A stretch of 64,000 nucleotides of DNA from a virus (IMGVR_UViG_3300027969_000055:52371-116370), one strand, 5' to 3'. Shown: positions 36,501 to 48,389, counted from the stretch's first letter. Program-made: numbers and translations. The notes: generated from the sequence alone by a model not told the origin.

Positions 36501-37910
36501 ATCGGAGGTCCTTCTAAAAAAGTCGGCCACTTCCCTTTTTGCTAAAACCTTTAATTCATCAAGTGCTGGCCTTATTTGATTTGGAAAAACTGTCGTTAAT
36601 TCAGTCTTTCGTTTTACCTCAATCGTTGAATTTAAAGTCTCATAAAATTTTTCATAGGTCGCTTGACTTTGAATATAAAATCGAGTATCTCCATCTTTTA
36701 TTGAAACAGGTGCATTTTCAACTCCATTAAAAATAGGATCAATTTTATTTGGGTCAACTGATAATCCTCTCTCTTCTAGAGTATATAAATATTGGACTGG
36801 ATGTGAAAGCTTACGATATAATCCAGGATAACCGTCTGGCATTTGATTGTATAAAGCTCCTGGAATATTGCTATAGTTTGATATAGATTTATTTAAGCCA
36901 AAATCATATGGAATACTTGAACAAAATGATGCAATTGTATTATTAAATGGAGCAGTTGTTAAATAAGGATTGGTTCTAATTGCAATATCTTTATCTATTG
37001 ATTCAGAGGTTCCGTCCGCTTTTATTTGAGGTACGGTTATTCGAGTTATGTCCAAATCAATTAACCTAATTCCAAATGTTGCACTTCTTGCTGGAACCAC
37101 AATTCCTGAGAATACTGCTTCTGTTTCATTAAATTGAGGAATTAATTGTCCACTTATTTTTTCACAAGATGAGTTGAGAGTTTGAGAAACTATTGTTGCT
37201 TGATCAAGGGAAGGCAGTGATTCAAGTTTTTGGGATAGAGCATTGGTTGCTCCTTGTTTAGCAACAATTTGATTTTCTTCTGCAAAAATTCTATTTTTCC
37301 GAGCTTCATAATATAGTCGATATACTGAACCGCTTATTAGAACGTTATAGTAGCTATCTGGCATATATTTCTTTATTGCTTGGGAATCGTATTCTGTAAT
37401 TAATTTAAACTGATCGTCACCTATAGCATAAATTACTCTAAGCGCATAATAATAAGTCTCGTAAGTTTGATTGGTTGTAATATAATCATTCCAAATTTGA
37501 TTTTCAATAGCTAACGTTCGAGTATATTCATCGGTCCAATATAAGTATTGAGAAGTTAATGGCTCAACTATTGATATTGTAGAATTAAAAAAATCAAGTC
37601 GTTCTTTATAATAATTTGAAATAATATTGTAATGGTCAAGTGCTTCCTGTACTCTACCTTTAACTACTGAAATTTCAATAGCATTAGCCTGCTTTGCCAT
37701 TTGATCAACTAAAATTGCCTTTACGTCATTAACTCCTTGATTAATGCAGCTGCCCTCAACTGGCATTGGAATTTTAACGTCCTTTGCAACTGGGGCAACC
37801 GGTTCAGGTAAACACGCTTTTACATTAGCTAGGTCAGCCTCAGTAAAAACAGGCGATGCAAGTTTTCCGCACTTAATATCGTTAATTAGGCTTTTAAATG
37901 TGACGTTCAA
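33549..37910 (-). CDS. large hypothetical protein with Pro-rich hydrophobic segments and helical regions
   Basis: 1453-aa uninterrupted ORF; no recognisable family. Confidence 0.75.
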   Translation of the reverse strand: MNVTFKSLINDIKCGKLASPVFTEADLANVKACLPEPVAPVAKDVKIPMPVEGSCINQGVNDVKAILVDQMAKQANAIEISVVKGRVQEALDHYNIISNYYKERLDFFNSTISIVEPLTSQYLYWTDEYTRTLAIENQIWNDYITTNQTYETYYYALRVIYAIGDDQFKLITEYDSQAIKKYMPDSYYNVLISGSVYRLYYEARKNRIFAEENQIVAKQGATNALSQKLESLPSLDQATIVSQTLNSSCEKISGQLIPQFNETEAVFSGIVVPARSATFGIRLIDLDITRITVPQIKADGTSESIDKDIAIRTNPYLTTAPFNNTIASFCSSIPYDFGLNKSISNYSNIPGALYNQMPDGYPGLYRKLSHPVQYLYTLEERGLSVDPNKIDPIFNGVENAPVSIKDGDTRFYIQSQATYEKFYETLNSTIEVKRKTELTTVFPNQIRPALDELKVLAKREVADFFRRTSDSQLKLARPTSYRANTSSIYSNGTFKYSPLDSVLPEKLAYYTKCYSELLEKIKECNTEIELLDSKIKENSMDQEVLAKRISDVACFKGPAATSIPTKDCEAETKKKLGQDPLFIRTLGGNDASLPDMTNSCYWKEFTKSLNKVSLLPIPDLTAPPFRYYPINNIIPTPIGIALITLPQKWRTLFTLSTPVGTLVTFITMPIAIVGIPLPSIYILYFAPDGNKYMLLAPNIPLLYSTPMSIKYGFEIDQTSASQNPIGLDPANPFKGQLVKGALSIPLTVSGNAAKAVRLAAFTADLALGKKPKITTRDGTPIGEIDPLTYITKYTSDLEKMMNFLDLDLSKDFDKQIADFKRSLNRQFDKLGEMQITAVTKLKDKTRKDRQSQVMGAENESDLKKKREAKKAARSLDPIQLSSKISGVLADFDKYIDKIKLGTISFPDSPTKLNPKLPSAISGLQPTIEKAAKGLLGFDLESTDLIAKIKRMAAQVDTSKLKSKKTFNLNKAEDVREFKKAIKEYSNKALDYLQGNSNPADEDIDPNLSDVEKGKIKKAAKLRKERLQKALTFTTLSVAAPNLKLFDPAAPCCAAPPPPLDIVSPQILAALGIFNALLDAFLSGLTVDVLKSLLGDSLEEIGISTITTLFNSLLGLLPPIVLPEKPDIISISQAIILPILTALTIPQSPNPLGAPFPLQIVIPLDIVIKPLLKAAIAYLLELILRMLSDAGDMLTANQGTNSSSLQDILKQIPCGNSEFATVSTNNSSKYVSVTLPNGFNIKLPKIPLLPLDIVSYFALLTSTDLVELIKGLLNAAIDGILQPLKTIIDPILSLTKTLKDLSFTIIDSANPYILPLKLALMAIQLKIPNSSKLKLANLDAINLLKAAYIPVITATEPVVKEIAYLAAILACAFGSKPGVQVARLASSPFFNQDDLPPWERLTHKNPLFAIFLDELAWRGSITSTGTLLFQSKMPGLYPTAWSPSIFIDPGMHTS

Positions 37911-37952
37911 TGAATTAAGTTCTTTATTTTATCTATCATTCTCTCTAAATAG

Positions 37953-37988
37953 AACAGCGCTTGTGAGGTTTACTCAACAAGCGCTGTT
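37953..37988 (-). terminator. long stem-loop after groEL
   Basis: aacagcgcttgt-gag..ctc-a-acaagcgctgtt. Confidence 0.7.
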
Positions 37989-38010
37989 TGGTAATGGTAA
38001 TTTAAAATTA

Positions 38011-39591
<1,581 letters not shown>

Positions 39592-39607
39592 TTATTATTT
39601 GGTTATT

Positions 39608-40351
39608 TTACTTTATTATTATATCCGATTTTTCAATTTGGTTTAGGTTAGAAAGTTTTAATGCCACTTGAATTAGCGTAATAACGTCTTTTTGGCAGTA
39701 TTCTTTAATTCCGTCAACATTTCCGGCCCAATAATTCTCATGCACTTGCTCGCCTTTCATTGCATCTTTTGGAGAGTCAATACCAAGAACCGTTGCTAAA
39801 AGATCAAGCGATGTGAATCCTTCTTGCCATGCGCCAAATGACCAAAGTTCAGAAGTATCAATTATTGAAGTTTCCCAAGGTTTTTTATCCCATACTTGAA
39901 GAGGGGTTGCTGGCTCAATATTTAGAATGAATGCTCGTTTACATAGGAACGGAACATCAAATCTTTTAACATTATGCCCAGCAATCTTTACGCCTGTTTT
40001 TGAAAGAGCTGACATTAGTTTAAAGGACTGACGTAGGATTTCAGCTTCATCATCTCCAGCATAGGAAACAATTTGAGCAGTAGGCACGCCATCTATAAAT
40101 TTCATTTTTCCAAAAGAAACACAGACGACTCTGCCAAATTCAGCGTGTAAAGCTGATTTCATTTGGAAAAGTTCTTCATCTGACTTGTCTTTATTATCTG
40201 GGTATTTAGCCCCTAACTGATTTTTAAGGATTTCTGCTTTAGCTGACCATAGTTCTTGCATTTTAGACGAAAGAGAATCAGCATGATTGACAGTACCGGC
40301 TGTTTCTATATCAAAAAACAGCATTTTTTCTAATTGGTGTGGATCGAACAT
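39608..40351 (-). CDS. DnaQ-like 3'-5' exonuclease (PolB-exo2-type)
   Basis: [27 protein letters not shown] and YCQKDV motifs. Confidence 0.85.
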   Translation of the reverse strand: MFDPHQLEKMLFFDIETAGTVNHADSLSSKMQELWSAKAEILKNQLGAKYPDNKDKSDEELFQMKSALHAEFGRVVCVSFGKMKFIDGVPTAQIVSYAGDDEAEILRQSFKLMSALSKTGVKIAGHNVKRFDVPFLCKRAFILNIEPATPLQVWDKKPWETSIIDTSELWSFGAWQEGFTSLDLLATVLGIDSPKDAMKGEQVHENYWAGNVDGIKEYCQKDVITLIQVALKLSNLNQIEKSDIIIK

Positions 40352-40507
40352 GACTTTAGTGTTATAAGTTAGGGTAATTATACTAATAAAGATAAAAAGT
40401 AGCCTTTAATTAGGATCTAAGGGTTAAAGTTTACTTAATTCTTTATATTAATAAAATAAGTAGACTAAGTATCAGAGTATCTGTTGCTACACCCACCCAA
40501 CACCCTT

Positions 40508-40567
40508 ATTCTACAGTACATTTTACAAAGGTTTTAAAGAAAACTAAAAAATATTTAGTAGTAGAAT
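40508..40567. promoter_or_regulatory. back-to-back divergent non-late promoters, each AAAC-N16-GTAGAAT
   Basis: attctac-N16-gttt-taaaga-aaac-N16-gtagaat symmetric arrangement. Confidence 0.65.
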
Positions 40568-40590
40568 AGTTAAAATGATTAAAATGAACC

Positions 40591-41256
40591 TTGGTAGTAA
40601 TTGGTATAGACTTTTCAATACAGTTTCCAGCTGTATGCATTTGCAAAGACTTTAAGAGTCTGCACTGGATAGCCTGTGTTAATACTAATACAACTAAAGC
40701 CTATCGAAAATTACTTGAAGATACTCAGCTTCAATTTCCTGGACTAGAATTCATATTTTTACCCCCCAAGAACTTTAAATACGATACTTACTCTGGTGTA
40801 GAACGCGCTAAGTTAGCAAACTATTCACTTCTAGTTGATACCTTAATAAATCGAGTAAAAGAAATAGTTAAACCAGAACCAGACCGAATCATTTCAATCG
40901 AAGGTATTGCATATGGAGCCCAAGGTAATGCTCTGTTAGATATAGCTCAGTCAACTGGTATGCTTAGAAAAAAGGTACTAGATGACTTATTAAATAACAA
41001 GCAAGAAAGCCTATTCATATTTTCACCAGGGGAACTTAAAAACGCAATTGGCGCAAAGGGTAATGCTGGTAAAATTGATGTTTACAAACAGTTTATGGAA
41101 ACTCCGCTTCTTGCAAAAGACAGCAGTTTACATAAAGTATTAATTCAATATAATGATCAAATTATTAAAAAAGACGTAGTAGGTTCGCCATTTATGGATA
41201 TGATTGATTCGTATTTAGCCGTCCTTAAAATCTACACATCACTAAAAGAATCCTAA
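40591..41256 (+). CDS. RuvC-like nuclease / Holliday junction resolvase
   Basis: GIDFS, IEG, P.ELK...G.GNA.K and DMIDS acidic catalytic motifs. Confidence 0.75.
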   Translation: MVVIGIDFSIQFPAVCICKDFKSLHWIACVNTNTTKAYRKLLEDTQLQFPGLEFIFLPPKNFKYDTYSGVERAKLANYSLLVDTLINRVKEIVKPEPDRIISIEGIAYGAQGNALLDIAQSTGMLRKKVLDDLLNNKQESLFIFSPGELKNAIGAKGNAGKIDVYKQFMETPLLAKDSSLHKVLIQYNDQIIKKDVVGSPFMDMIDSYLAVLKIYTSLKES

Positions 41257-41260
41257 TTAA

Positions 41261-41680
41261 ATGGCAAAGGCTAAAGAAAGTAAGTACTACATCAACAATC
41301 GAGATTTTACTAATGAAATTATTCGGTGTAAACATGGATTACTTAATGAAGTTACTGGTTACCAGCACACAGCTGGAGAATTATCCCCTATTGCAATTAA
41401 CTATTTTATAATTTTAGCAAATAGAGCAATTCTAAAACTTAGATTTAGTAATCCACTAGATAAGGAGGACTGTATTCAGTCAGCCCTATTGGATCTACTT
41501 AGATATTGGAGAAACTTCAATGAAGAAAAATCAAACAATGCATTTGCGTATTTTACGCAGATTGCAAAAAACGGATACGCAAAAGAATACAAAAAGATTT
41601 ACAAACACATAGGTAAAGGTGAAAAGGTTGAATTTGTATCATTAAGCCATTCCGGCGATAGCGAAATTTATACAATATAA
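41261..41680 (+). CDS. gp55: Late-transcription sigma factor (T4 gp55-like)
   Basis: YINN.DF, EDCIQ and NFNEEKSNNAFAYFTQIA signature. Confidence 0.88.
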   Translation: MAKAKESKYYINNRDFTNEIIRCKHGLLNEVTGYQHTAGELSPIAINYFIILANRAILKLRFSNPLDKEDCIQSALLDLLRYWRNFNEEKSNNAFAYFTQIAKNGYAKEYKKIYKHIGKGEKVEFVSLSHSGDSEIYTI

Positions 41681-41728
41681 ATCTGAATTTTACCAGCAGT
41701 TTATAAATCCACTAGTACTAACACCCTT

Positions 41729-41737
41729 AATAAATAA
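41729..41737 (+). promoter_or_regulatory. late promoter-like AATAAATAA
   Basis: Upstream of the baseplate/tail block. Confidence 0.55.
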
Positions 41738-41760
41738 AGGTAAAGAGCTGGCAATAACTC

Positions 41761-44700
41761 ATGAACATTAATAATCTAGTATTTTTTGATAAAAACGGTG
41801 AATCTTATAACTTTTCACAAAACGCTGAAACCGGTGCTTGGGAAGGTTCTGACTATTTTTTACCGATATCAACTGCACTATATGATGTTTCAAACTTGTT
41901 TATTCTTGAAAAGGTTGGATCCAACTATCGATTCCCAGTTTTAGAACCAGGCTCTAAATTAACTGTTACTTGGCAGACGGCTGAGTCTTCTGATAATTTT
42001 TTCTTATTTACAATAGCAAAAGAGGATCAACATACCGATTCAACTACCTACTTATCAAGACAATCTAGGCTTGATATAAATTACGAAGATCTTTCGCCAG
42101 GCGGATTTGTTAATCTGGATCTAGCCTATCCATTACAACTAAATGTAGGATTTTCTCCATCTGAAGAGGTTAGCTATAACCGAATCTTAAATATTCACTA
42201 TGAAACCGGTTCAAGTAAGACACTAATTGCCTCTATTTACTTTTATGGTGAAGGCGAGGATGAAGATGAACGTTTTAGAATTTGGTTAGCCAATTTTGGA
42301 ATCAAGTTTAATCGAGAAGACGCTCTTTTACTAAAAGACTATGATCTAAAAGAAGGTTTACCTGACTGGAAACAAATTAACCAAGCCAGAAAGCAACTAT
42401 TAGTAAACCGTGATCAAATTTATCCATATGTTGGTACCTATAAAGGACTTATTAATATTATTAATATTTTAGGTTATCGAGATGTACTTAGAGTAAAGGA
42501 ATATTGGCAAGATCAGGACTCAAAGTCTGGATACTATGGCAAATATGCAATGGTTGACGTTACTGATCTACTTACAACTGGTTCAATCGATGAATTGGAT
42601 TTAGTTGATCTAAATGGCCAACTTAAAAAAGGCGGAAAATTTAAAAAGACCGAATTTCTTGCACTTGTTTATGAATTTTCAGTTGCCAGCAATGTTTATG
42701 ACGATGATGGTGTCCCGGAAGTTGAATTTACCACCGATTTCACAGTAGACGAAATATTTTATAAATTAAATCGCCTTTCTACCAAATTAAAAACTGAAAT
42801 TTTACCAATAAACGTTGTAATTAAGGACGTTATTGGAGAATTCATATATTTTAGTAAATTTAATATTAGAAGTTGGTCAGATTCTGCAATAATTACTGAA
42901 TTACAGATAAATGATGACTATAATACTGTCATTAATCATCCATCTTCTAAATCTCAATTGCTATTAATTAGAGATATTAAACCTCTATACCCTAAGCTTA
43001 ATGGAACTTCAGAATTTCCTGAAATTACGTTTAACGAAACCACAATTTTTCCATATCAAAATGGCCAAAAGTATACAATATCAGAAATGCCAAGTTTTAT
43101 CACGGCTATTGCTGATTATTATACTGATATAAACCGATATGACTTTGAATTACATGGACAAACCAATCCAACCGTAACTGGAGATGATATTGACGGAAAG
43201 GTAGGTTGCCCAATTACGCTTGAAGCCTATATTCCAGATTTTATGTTAGCGGATTTAGATGGATCAAAATTTGGTGATTTTACGGGTAGCCATTTTACAA
43301 TAGGAAATATTCGATACCGTAACGGTTATGAAATTGAATGGAATATTACAGGACCTCAAGGTTATGTATTTAATTGGAGAAGCGCTCTTACTGACTTAGT
43401 TAAACTACCTCATATTTTACCTTATGTTGGAGACTATTCAATTAAATCAACTGTTTATGATTTACAAGGTGGTCAAAATGTTAGTTATTTACACACAACT
43501 GTCCTTAACGAAGAGCCAATAATTGAAGTATTTATGAAGGTCCAAGATAAACCCAAATACCAAATTAAGGACTTGCATAATATAATGATTAAGGATCTTG
43601 GAGATAGTTCACTATATTTACCATTTGCAAATGTTGTTCAAGGAAGTACTTTTAATTCAGGATTATCTCAACACTATTTAGACTGGAACACCTATTCAAA
43701 TAATTTTGGAGTAGGTAATCCACAAACTGAATCTGAAATATTTACAGAAGGTACTGGCTTTGAATTAATTAAAAATTCTATGAATTCTGCTAAATTACAA
43801 TATGGGACAGGTTCAAGTCAAGAAGGCCAACCTACTCTTGGAGATTATAGAAATGCAACACTTCAAGACCTAATTCTAAATAGACTATCTGATTTTTCAT
43901 ATACAGCTGACCGATTAAACGGATTTATAATTAAATTAAAAACTGAATATCCAAGCCATACGCTAACTCATATCAATTTCTATTCGGATAATACAGTAGG
44001 TGCATATGCACTGGGTTCATATATTGATGCTGAGGATTTAGCGGATCAGTTAAATCATGAAGCCGATGATCTAAATATTCAAGAATATCGATACGTTGCG
44101 GTAAACGAAAATATTCATGCTCACGCAAAGAGACAAGATAGAACTCTACACCGAGTTTTAGCCTTAACCTATCAAGGCTCTCCTAGGTTTACCGAACATG
44201 TATATACGTTTAGTTATCCTAGACTAGTATATTCACCGACCCTAGTTAGTACCTTAAATTCACAGCTTTCTCAAATTGCTAAAGAAATAGATGAGGACTT
44301 ATTATTTTTAAGTGTACCGTTTGATGACTGTTTAAGAAAAACTGGAGAAACCACGTATTCTCTCCAATCTGTTACCATTCCAAATTCTTTTCCAAGCTCT
44401 AAAACTTTTATCCTAACTCGTCCTCAGGAATTTATAGTAGGTAAAAAGATCAGGGTCTCTAGTATATCAAACCCATCTGATTGGGCTGAAGGTATAGTGA
44501 CTCAACCTTCTGGCATAGATAGAATCCTTATAACTTTCTCCGGTAGTTCATTAACTGGTAATACTCGTTCTGACTGGAAATTTGAATATGTTGAAAGTAT
44601 CGCTAATTTGACCCCAACCGAAGCAGTTGCTGGTACTCCGGATTATTGGATTAATAATCAATTTGGAAACTATATTGAATTTTCATCAATTACTGATCCA

Positions 44701-45099
44701 GCCGCAACGGTTACCGGATTCTTACCTTCTAACCTAGACCAAAATACATTTAGTCTTTCTAACCTAAAAACTGGGCCAGATGGACTTGTTATTCCATTAC
44801 ATCAACCAATATTTGCAGCAGTTGCAAATATCGAATCTAAAAAGGAATGTATTTGGACACTAACCTTATTTGGTAAACAGGTTGTACAAATTAAAAATAC
44901 TTCAACCTTTATTTGGAGATTTTCAGATCCTGGAGAATATTCATTAAACGTAAAAGTAACAGACATTAATAACAACGAGTATACACTGGTCACTAATTTT
45001 AATGCAATTCATGCAAATGGAATAAAGGACTATATCAAATACCTTGAAGGAACGCTTAATCGCCGCAATCTATTATACGGTTCACGTCGATTTGCTTAA
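41761..45099 (+). CDS. putative baseplate wedge protein with PKD/Ig-like domains
   Basis: YVGTYKGLINIINILG wedge-like motif; FSDPGEYSLNVKVTD PKD-like C-terminus. Confidence 0.55.
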   Translation: MNINNLVFFDKNGESYNFSQNAETGAWEGSDYFLPISTALYDVSNLFILEKVGSNYRFPVLEPGSKLTVTWQTAESSDNFFLFTIAKEDQHTDSTTYLSRQSRLDINYEDLSPGGFVNLDLAYPLQLNVGFSPSEEVSYNRILNIHYETGSSKTLIASIYFYGEGEDEDERFRIWLANFGIKFNREDALLLKDYDLKEGLPDWKQINQARKQLLVNRDQIYPYVGTYKGLINIINILGYRDVLRVKEYWQDQDSKSGYYGKYAMVDVTDLLTTGSIDELDLVDLNGQLKKGGKFKKTEFLALVYEFSVASNVYDDDGVPEVEFTTDFTVDEIFYKLNRLSTKLKTEILPINVVIKDVIGEFIYFSKFNIRSWSDSAIITELQINDDYNTVINHPSSKSQLLLIRDIKPLYPKLNGTSEFPEITFNETTIFPYQNGQKYTISEMPSFITAIADYYTDINRYDFELHGQTNPTVTGDDIDGKVGCPITLEAYIPDFMLADLDGSKFGDFTGSHFTIGNIRYRNGYEIEWNITGPQGYVFNWRSALTDLVKLPHILPYVGDYSIKSTVYDLQGGQNVSYLHTTVLNEEPIIEVFMKVQDKPKYQIKDLHNIMIKDLGDSSLYLPFANVVQGSTFNSGLSQHYLDWNTYSNNFGVGNPQTESEIFTEGTGFELIKNSMNSAKLQYGTGSSQEGQPTLGDYRNATLQDLILNRLSDFSYTADRLNGFIIKLKTEYPSHTLTHINFYSDNTVGAYALGSYIDAEDLADQLNHEADDLNIQEYRYVAVNENIHAHAKRQDRTLHRVLALTYQGSPRFTEHVYTFSYPRLVYSPTLVSTLNSQLSQIAKEIDEDLLFLSVPFDDCLRKTGETTYSLQSVTIPNSFPSSKTFILTRPQEFIVGKKIRVSSISNPSDWAEGIVTQPSGIDRILITFSGSSLTGNTRSDWKFEYVESIANLTPTEAVAGTPDYWINNQFGNYIEFSSITDPAATVTGFLPSNLDQNTFSLSNLKTGPDGLVIPLHQPIFAAVANIESKKECIWTLTLFGKQVVQIKNTSTFIWRFSDPGEYSLNVKVTDINNNEYTLVTNFNAIHANGIKDYIKYLEGTLNRRNLLYGSRRFA

Positions 45100-45106
45100 T
45101 AAATAA
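45098..45106 (+). promoter_or_regulatory. late promoter-like AATAAATAA
   Basis: Upstream of the 45131 gene. Confidence 0.5.
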
Positions 45107-45130
45107 AAAAGACAAAAAATTACTTAAAAA

Positions 45131-46192
45131 ATGGCATTTACTAACCTAAATTTAAACACAACACCTTTATTGGAAACAACCTTTATTTCTGATATGCGAC
45201 TAATTGTTAACGCTAACGTTGCTGTCGTTAAGGGTAAAGTTGAAGACTTAATCAATACTTTTGAATTTGACTTAACAAACAAATACATTGGCGTTGATAA
45301 TTACTTTAACCAAGTTAAAACAAATAACGTAATCCTAGGAAATAGTATCTCCTTTATGGATTCTACCAATGTAATTGGAAGTTTAACCAAATCTTCTGGA
45401 AAATCAATATTTTCAGTTGATAAACTTATTATTCAAGCTGGCGGATCAATTGATATGACTGGTACTGGCAATGCAATGGCAGTAAAGAAATTAGGGGTAG
45501 GTATGTCATTGGTTAATTTACAAAACGTTGCCCTATTCGCAGATGATGGATTCTATGTAGGTTCTCCAAGTACATCAACTCCTGCTAAAACTCAACTTTA
45601 TGGAGAAACCTTATTGTTAGGTCAAGCTGTTACTCAAAGTACTGATACTGAAGCAGTTCCTAATTTAATTACACTAAGTGCTGAATCAACATACTATCAT
45701 AAGACTCTAGTTTTAAGTAAGTCAAGTAATCAATTCATTTATCTTACCCTTCAAGCTGGAGATGCAAGTCCTAGTGGAAAACCAGTTTACTTATTCCTAA
45801 TGGAAGATGCAGCAAATCGCCCAAATCCAGGACAAAGTTTTACTGTTATAATTAAAGATTATAAAGACTCAGGCGGTGTAAGTTCAGTACCACTAGCAGA
45901 TTGGGGAGATATTCGTATTGCTCCAGGCTATATTGACGGAACAAATACCCAAGTTTTAATAAATGGTGGAACTCATTCAACTGCTGCTACTTCTGCCAAT
46001 GCGGTAACCTTTGCATTAGCTAATCAATATATTGAAATGTACAATACTTCAATCCAAGCAGATCTTGGTGGATTTTTAAAATTTGGAGCATCAGTTACGT
46101 TAACTAAATTCCAAAATTTACCAGCAATTGGAACAGTTACCGATGCTCGCTTTGTTATTACCGGATCACATAATATTACACTAGTAAACTAA
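45131..46192 (+). CDS. putative virion structural protein
   Basis: Gly/Thr/Ser-rich, beta-rich, in the late block. Confidence 0.6.
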   Translation: MAFTNLNLNTTPLLETTFISDMRLIVNANVAVVKGKVEDLINTFEFDLTNKYIGVDNYFNQVKTNNVILGNSISFMDSTNVIGSLTKSSGKSIFSVDKLIIQAGGSIDMTGTGNAMAVKKLGVGMSLVNLQNVALFADDGFYVGSPSTSTPAKTQLYGETLLLGQAVTQSTDTEAVPNLITLSAESTYYHKTLVLSKSSNQFIYLTLQAGDASPSGKPVYLFLMEDAANRPNPGQSFTVIIKDYKDSGGVSSVPLADWGDIRIAPGYIDGTNTQVLINGGTHSTAATSANAVTFALANQYIEMYNTSIQADLGGFLKFGASVTLTKFQNLPAIGTVTDARFVITGSHNITLVN

Positions 46193-46207
46193 TTTAACTA
46201 AATACCT

Positions 46208-48385
46208 ATGGCAGTTGCACCACTAATAAAACCAATACAGACTCAAAAAGGAATGTTTTATACATTCCAGAGCTCTATTGAAGATTTAAGTTTAACCTTT
46301 AATAATAATACAAATAAGTTTAAATTTTCTAAATTTGCCCTGTTGCGTATTCCAGAAATTGGAATCCCAACTACTATGACAACTGATAATAAAATGCAGT
46401 TTTTTGCACAAGGCGAAACTCCAGTACTTTCTAATTTATCAAATAACGAAAATTTAAACCTAGCAAATAGCTTTCAAAACTATGCGCTTAATCTTGAAAG
46501 TTTACTAATTTCTCAAACTTCGTATAAGAGAGAGAAAAAATTAAATGTATCTGAAAGAGTATTTTGGAAATGGTTAAAAGAGGCTGGTGCAATTCGTTGG
46601 AGAGATTCAAACACAACTGAAGTTATCCAAACTTTACCAGCTGGCCAAAGTCGATGGAGTGAAGATTGGTTTGATCCTACTTCTACAACGTATAACCGAG
46701 TAGTTAAATATATTGGGGAAATTGATGTTGTAAATTCAGTTCGTAGTAAAGATAATTCATATAGCGAATTGTATATACATGTACCAACAAATGTCGGTTC
46801 AACACCAACCGTTCTATTTGAATCAAAGCCTGATGAGAATTACGGACCAGACATGATCATCGTGAATACTCCAGGCGATCCATTAGATCTTGAATATCTT
46901 AATGGCCGACACTATAACGATACTCATCCATTTGCTGGAATGAGTTTACAAGCATTCTATGACCTAGATGCAAATATTGTTGATAATTATATTTCAGATA
47001 ATTTATCAGTACAGCCAACTTCTACTGGATTTTGGTGGGGATCTCATTCTGTTCAAAATGCATACTATACCGATAAAGCCGAATATTTTGGAACACCGTA
47101 TGGCGGAGTACTAAATTCTGCTCCTAAAAGCCAAAGAATTTTTAAAGACTACCCAGCGTCATCTAGATCAGTTGAATATATTAGATCTACCCATGACGGT
47201 ATGGCTATTGATTTTAATTTATCAAATTACTTATTAGCTCAACAAAACACCAATATTAAATCATTTGCTCAATTGAATGATAGTTATACAAATAGTGATT
47301 TTGAATTTAATGCAATTTTGGTTTATTATGATGTATATGATCCATCACCAAATGCAGTTGCTGGTACAGAACCAGTTACCGTAACCAATTTATACGGAGT
47401 TTATTTCTTAAATAAAGTAGTTCAAAGTGGTAGTGAATACATCATACCGATGATAACTAAGAATAAGCCAGATACAATTAATAAAACAAATGGAAACGCA
47501 TTTGCCTTTAAAGTAAATTTAAAATTTGATACTTCAATCGAGGACGTATCAGTTGAAAAATCGGTTAATGATTATAGCACAGTTGCATTAGAATTATTTT
47601 ATGATGTACTAACTCAAATGAGATCATTACAAACTAAATTTAATGATAAACTACTTGAACTTGAATCTTTAAAAACCGACGTTAATTTAGCAAAAGATGC
47701 TCTATTAAATACAACGTCTTTAACTAGTATTTCTAATAGACTTAGTAGTCTTGAAACAACCGTTGCTGCCTCAACTTCTGCCTTTGCTGAAGCTACTTCA
47801 ATAATGATGTTAATTGACAGTGTAAATAGTAGAATCGATGAACTATTAAGTGGAACCGTTTCATTACAGATAAAATATAACACCGATTCGTTTAAACCTG
47901 GATATGGCATGGTTCTAGATAAAACTATTCCAGGTCAAATTGTATTTGCATCAGGCGTTCAGAATTATTCAGTAATTAACGAAGTTGACTTTAGTGTTAA
48001 TGTCCAAGGAGAAAAATATGTAAAATTAGGAATTGGTGGAACCCAAATTCGCCATCTTAAATTAAATGGCTCAGGTAATCCAATACCATTTACTCTAACT
48101 AGAGATTTAACTCTCTATGTTGATGATTCAATCAATGCATGGAGTCTTGGCCAAACCCTAAGAATTGTTTGTGATTCCCAAATCATTCCAAGCTCTTACA
48201 CAATTACTCTAAAAACAGATTCACAAAATATAACAAATTCGCTTACGTCTTATAATACAATAATTGCACAATTAAATGCAGCAGATTTTCCTACAACGTA
48301 TGGAAGAACCGGTACAACCATTATTGATATTATATGTACAAATGCTAAAACTTTAACGTTCAGCGTTGATAAAATAATAAGATAA
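46208..48385 (+). CDS. putative virion structural protein with a coiled coil
   Basis: 725-aa ORF in the structural block. Confidence 0.6.
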   Translation: MAVAPLIKPIQTQKGMFYTFQSSIEDLSLTFNNNTNKFKFSKFALLRIPEIGIPTTMTTDNKMQFFAQGETPVLSNLSNNENLNLANSFQNYALNLESLLISQTSYKREKKLNVSERVFWKWLKEAGAIRWRDSNTTEVIQTLPAGQSRWSEDWFDPTSTTYNRVVKYIGEIDVVNSVRSKDNSYSELYIHVPTNVGSTPTVLFESKPDENYGPDMIIVNTPGDPLDLEYLNGRHYNDTHPFAGMSLQAFYDLDANIVDNYISDNLSVQPTSTGFWWGSHSVQNAYYTDKAEYFGTPYGGVLNSAPKSQRIFKDYPASSRSVEYIRSTHDGMAIDFNLSNYLLAQQNTNIKSFAQLNDSYTNSDFEFNAILVYYDVYDPSPNAVAGTEPVTVTNLYGVYFLNKVVQSGSEYIIPMITKNKPDTINKTNGNAFAFKVNLKFDTSIEDVSVEKSVNDYSTVALELFYDVLTQMRSLQTKFNDKLLELESLKTDVNLAKDALLNTTSLTSISNRLSSLETTVAASTSAFAEATSIMMLIDSVNSRIDELLSGTVSLQIKYNTDSFKPGYGMVLDKTIPGQIVFASGVQNYSVINEVDFSVNVQGEKYVKLGIGGTQIRHLKLNGSGNPIPFTLTRDLTLYVDDSINAWSLGQTLRIVCDSQIIPSSYTITLKTDSQNITNSLTSYNTIIAQLNAADFPTTYGRTGTTIIDIICTNAKTLTFSVDKIIR

Positions 48386-48389
48386 CTAA

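Noticed and set aside
40591-41256. RuvC-like ORF as a Cas12/TnpB effector
   Set aside because: It is only 221 aa, with no zinc ribbon or REC region and no adjacent array or transposon ends
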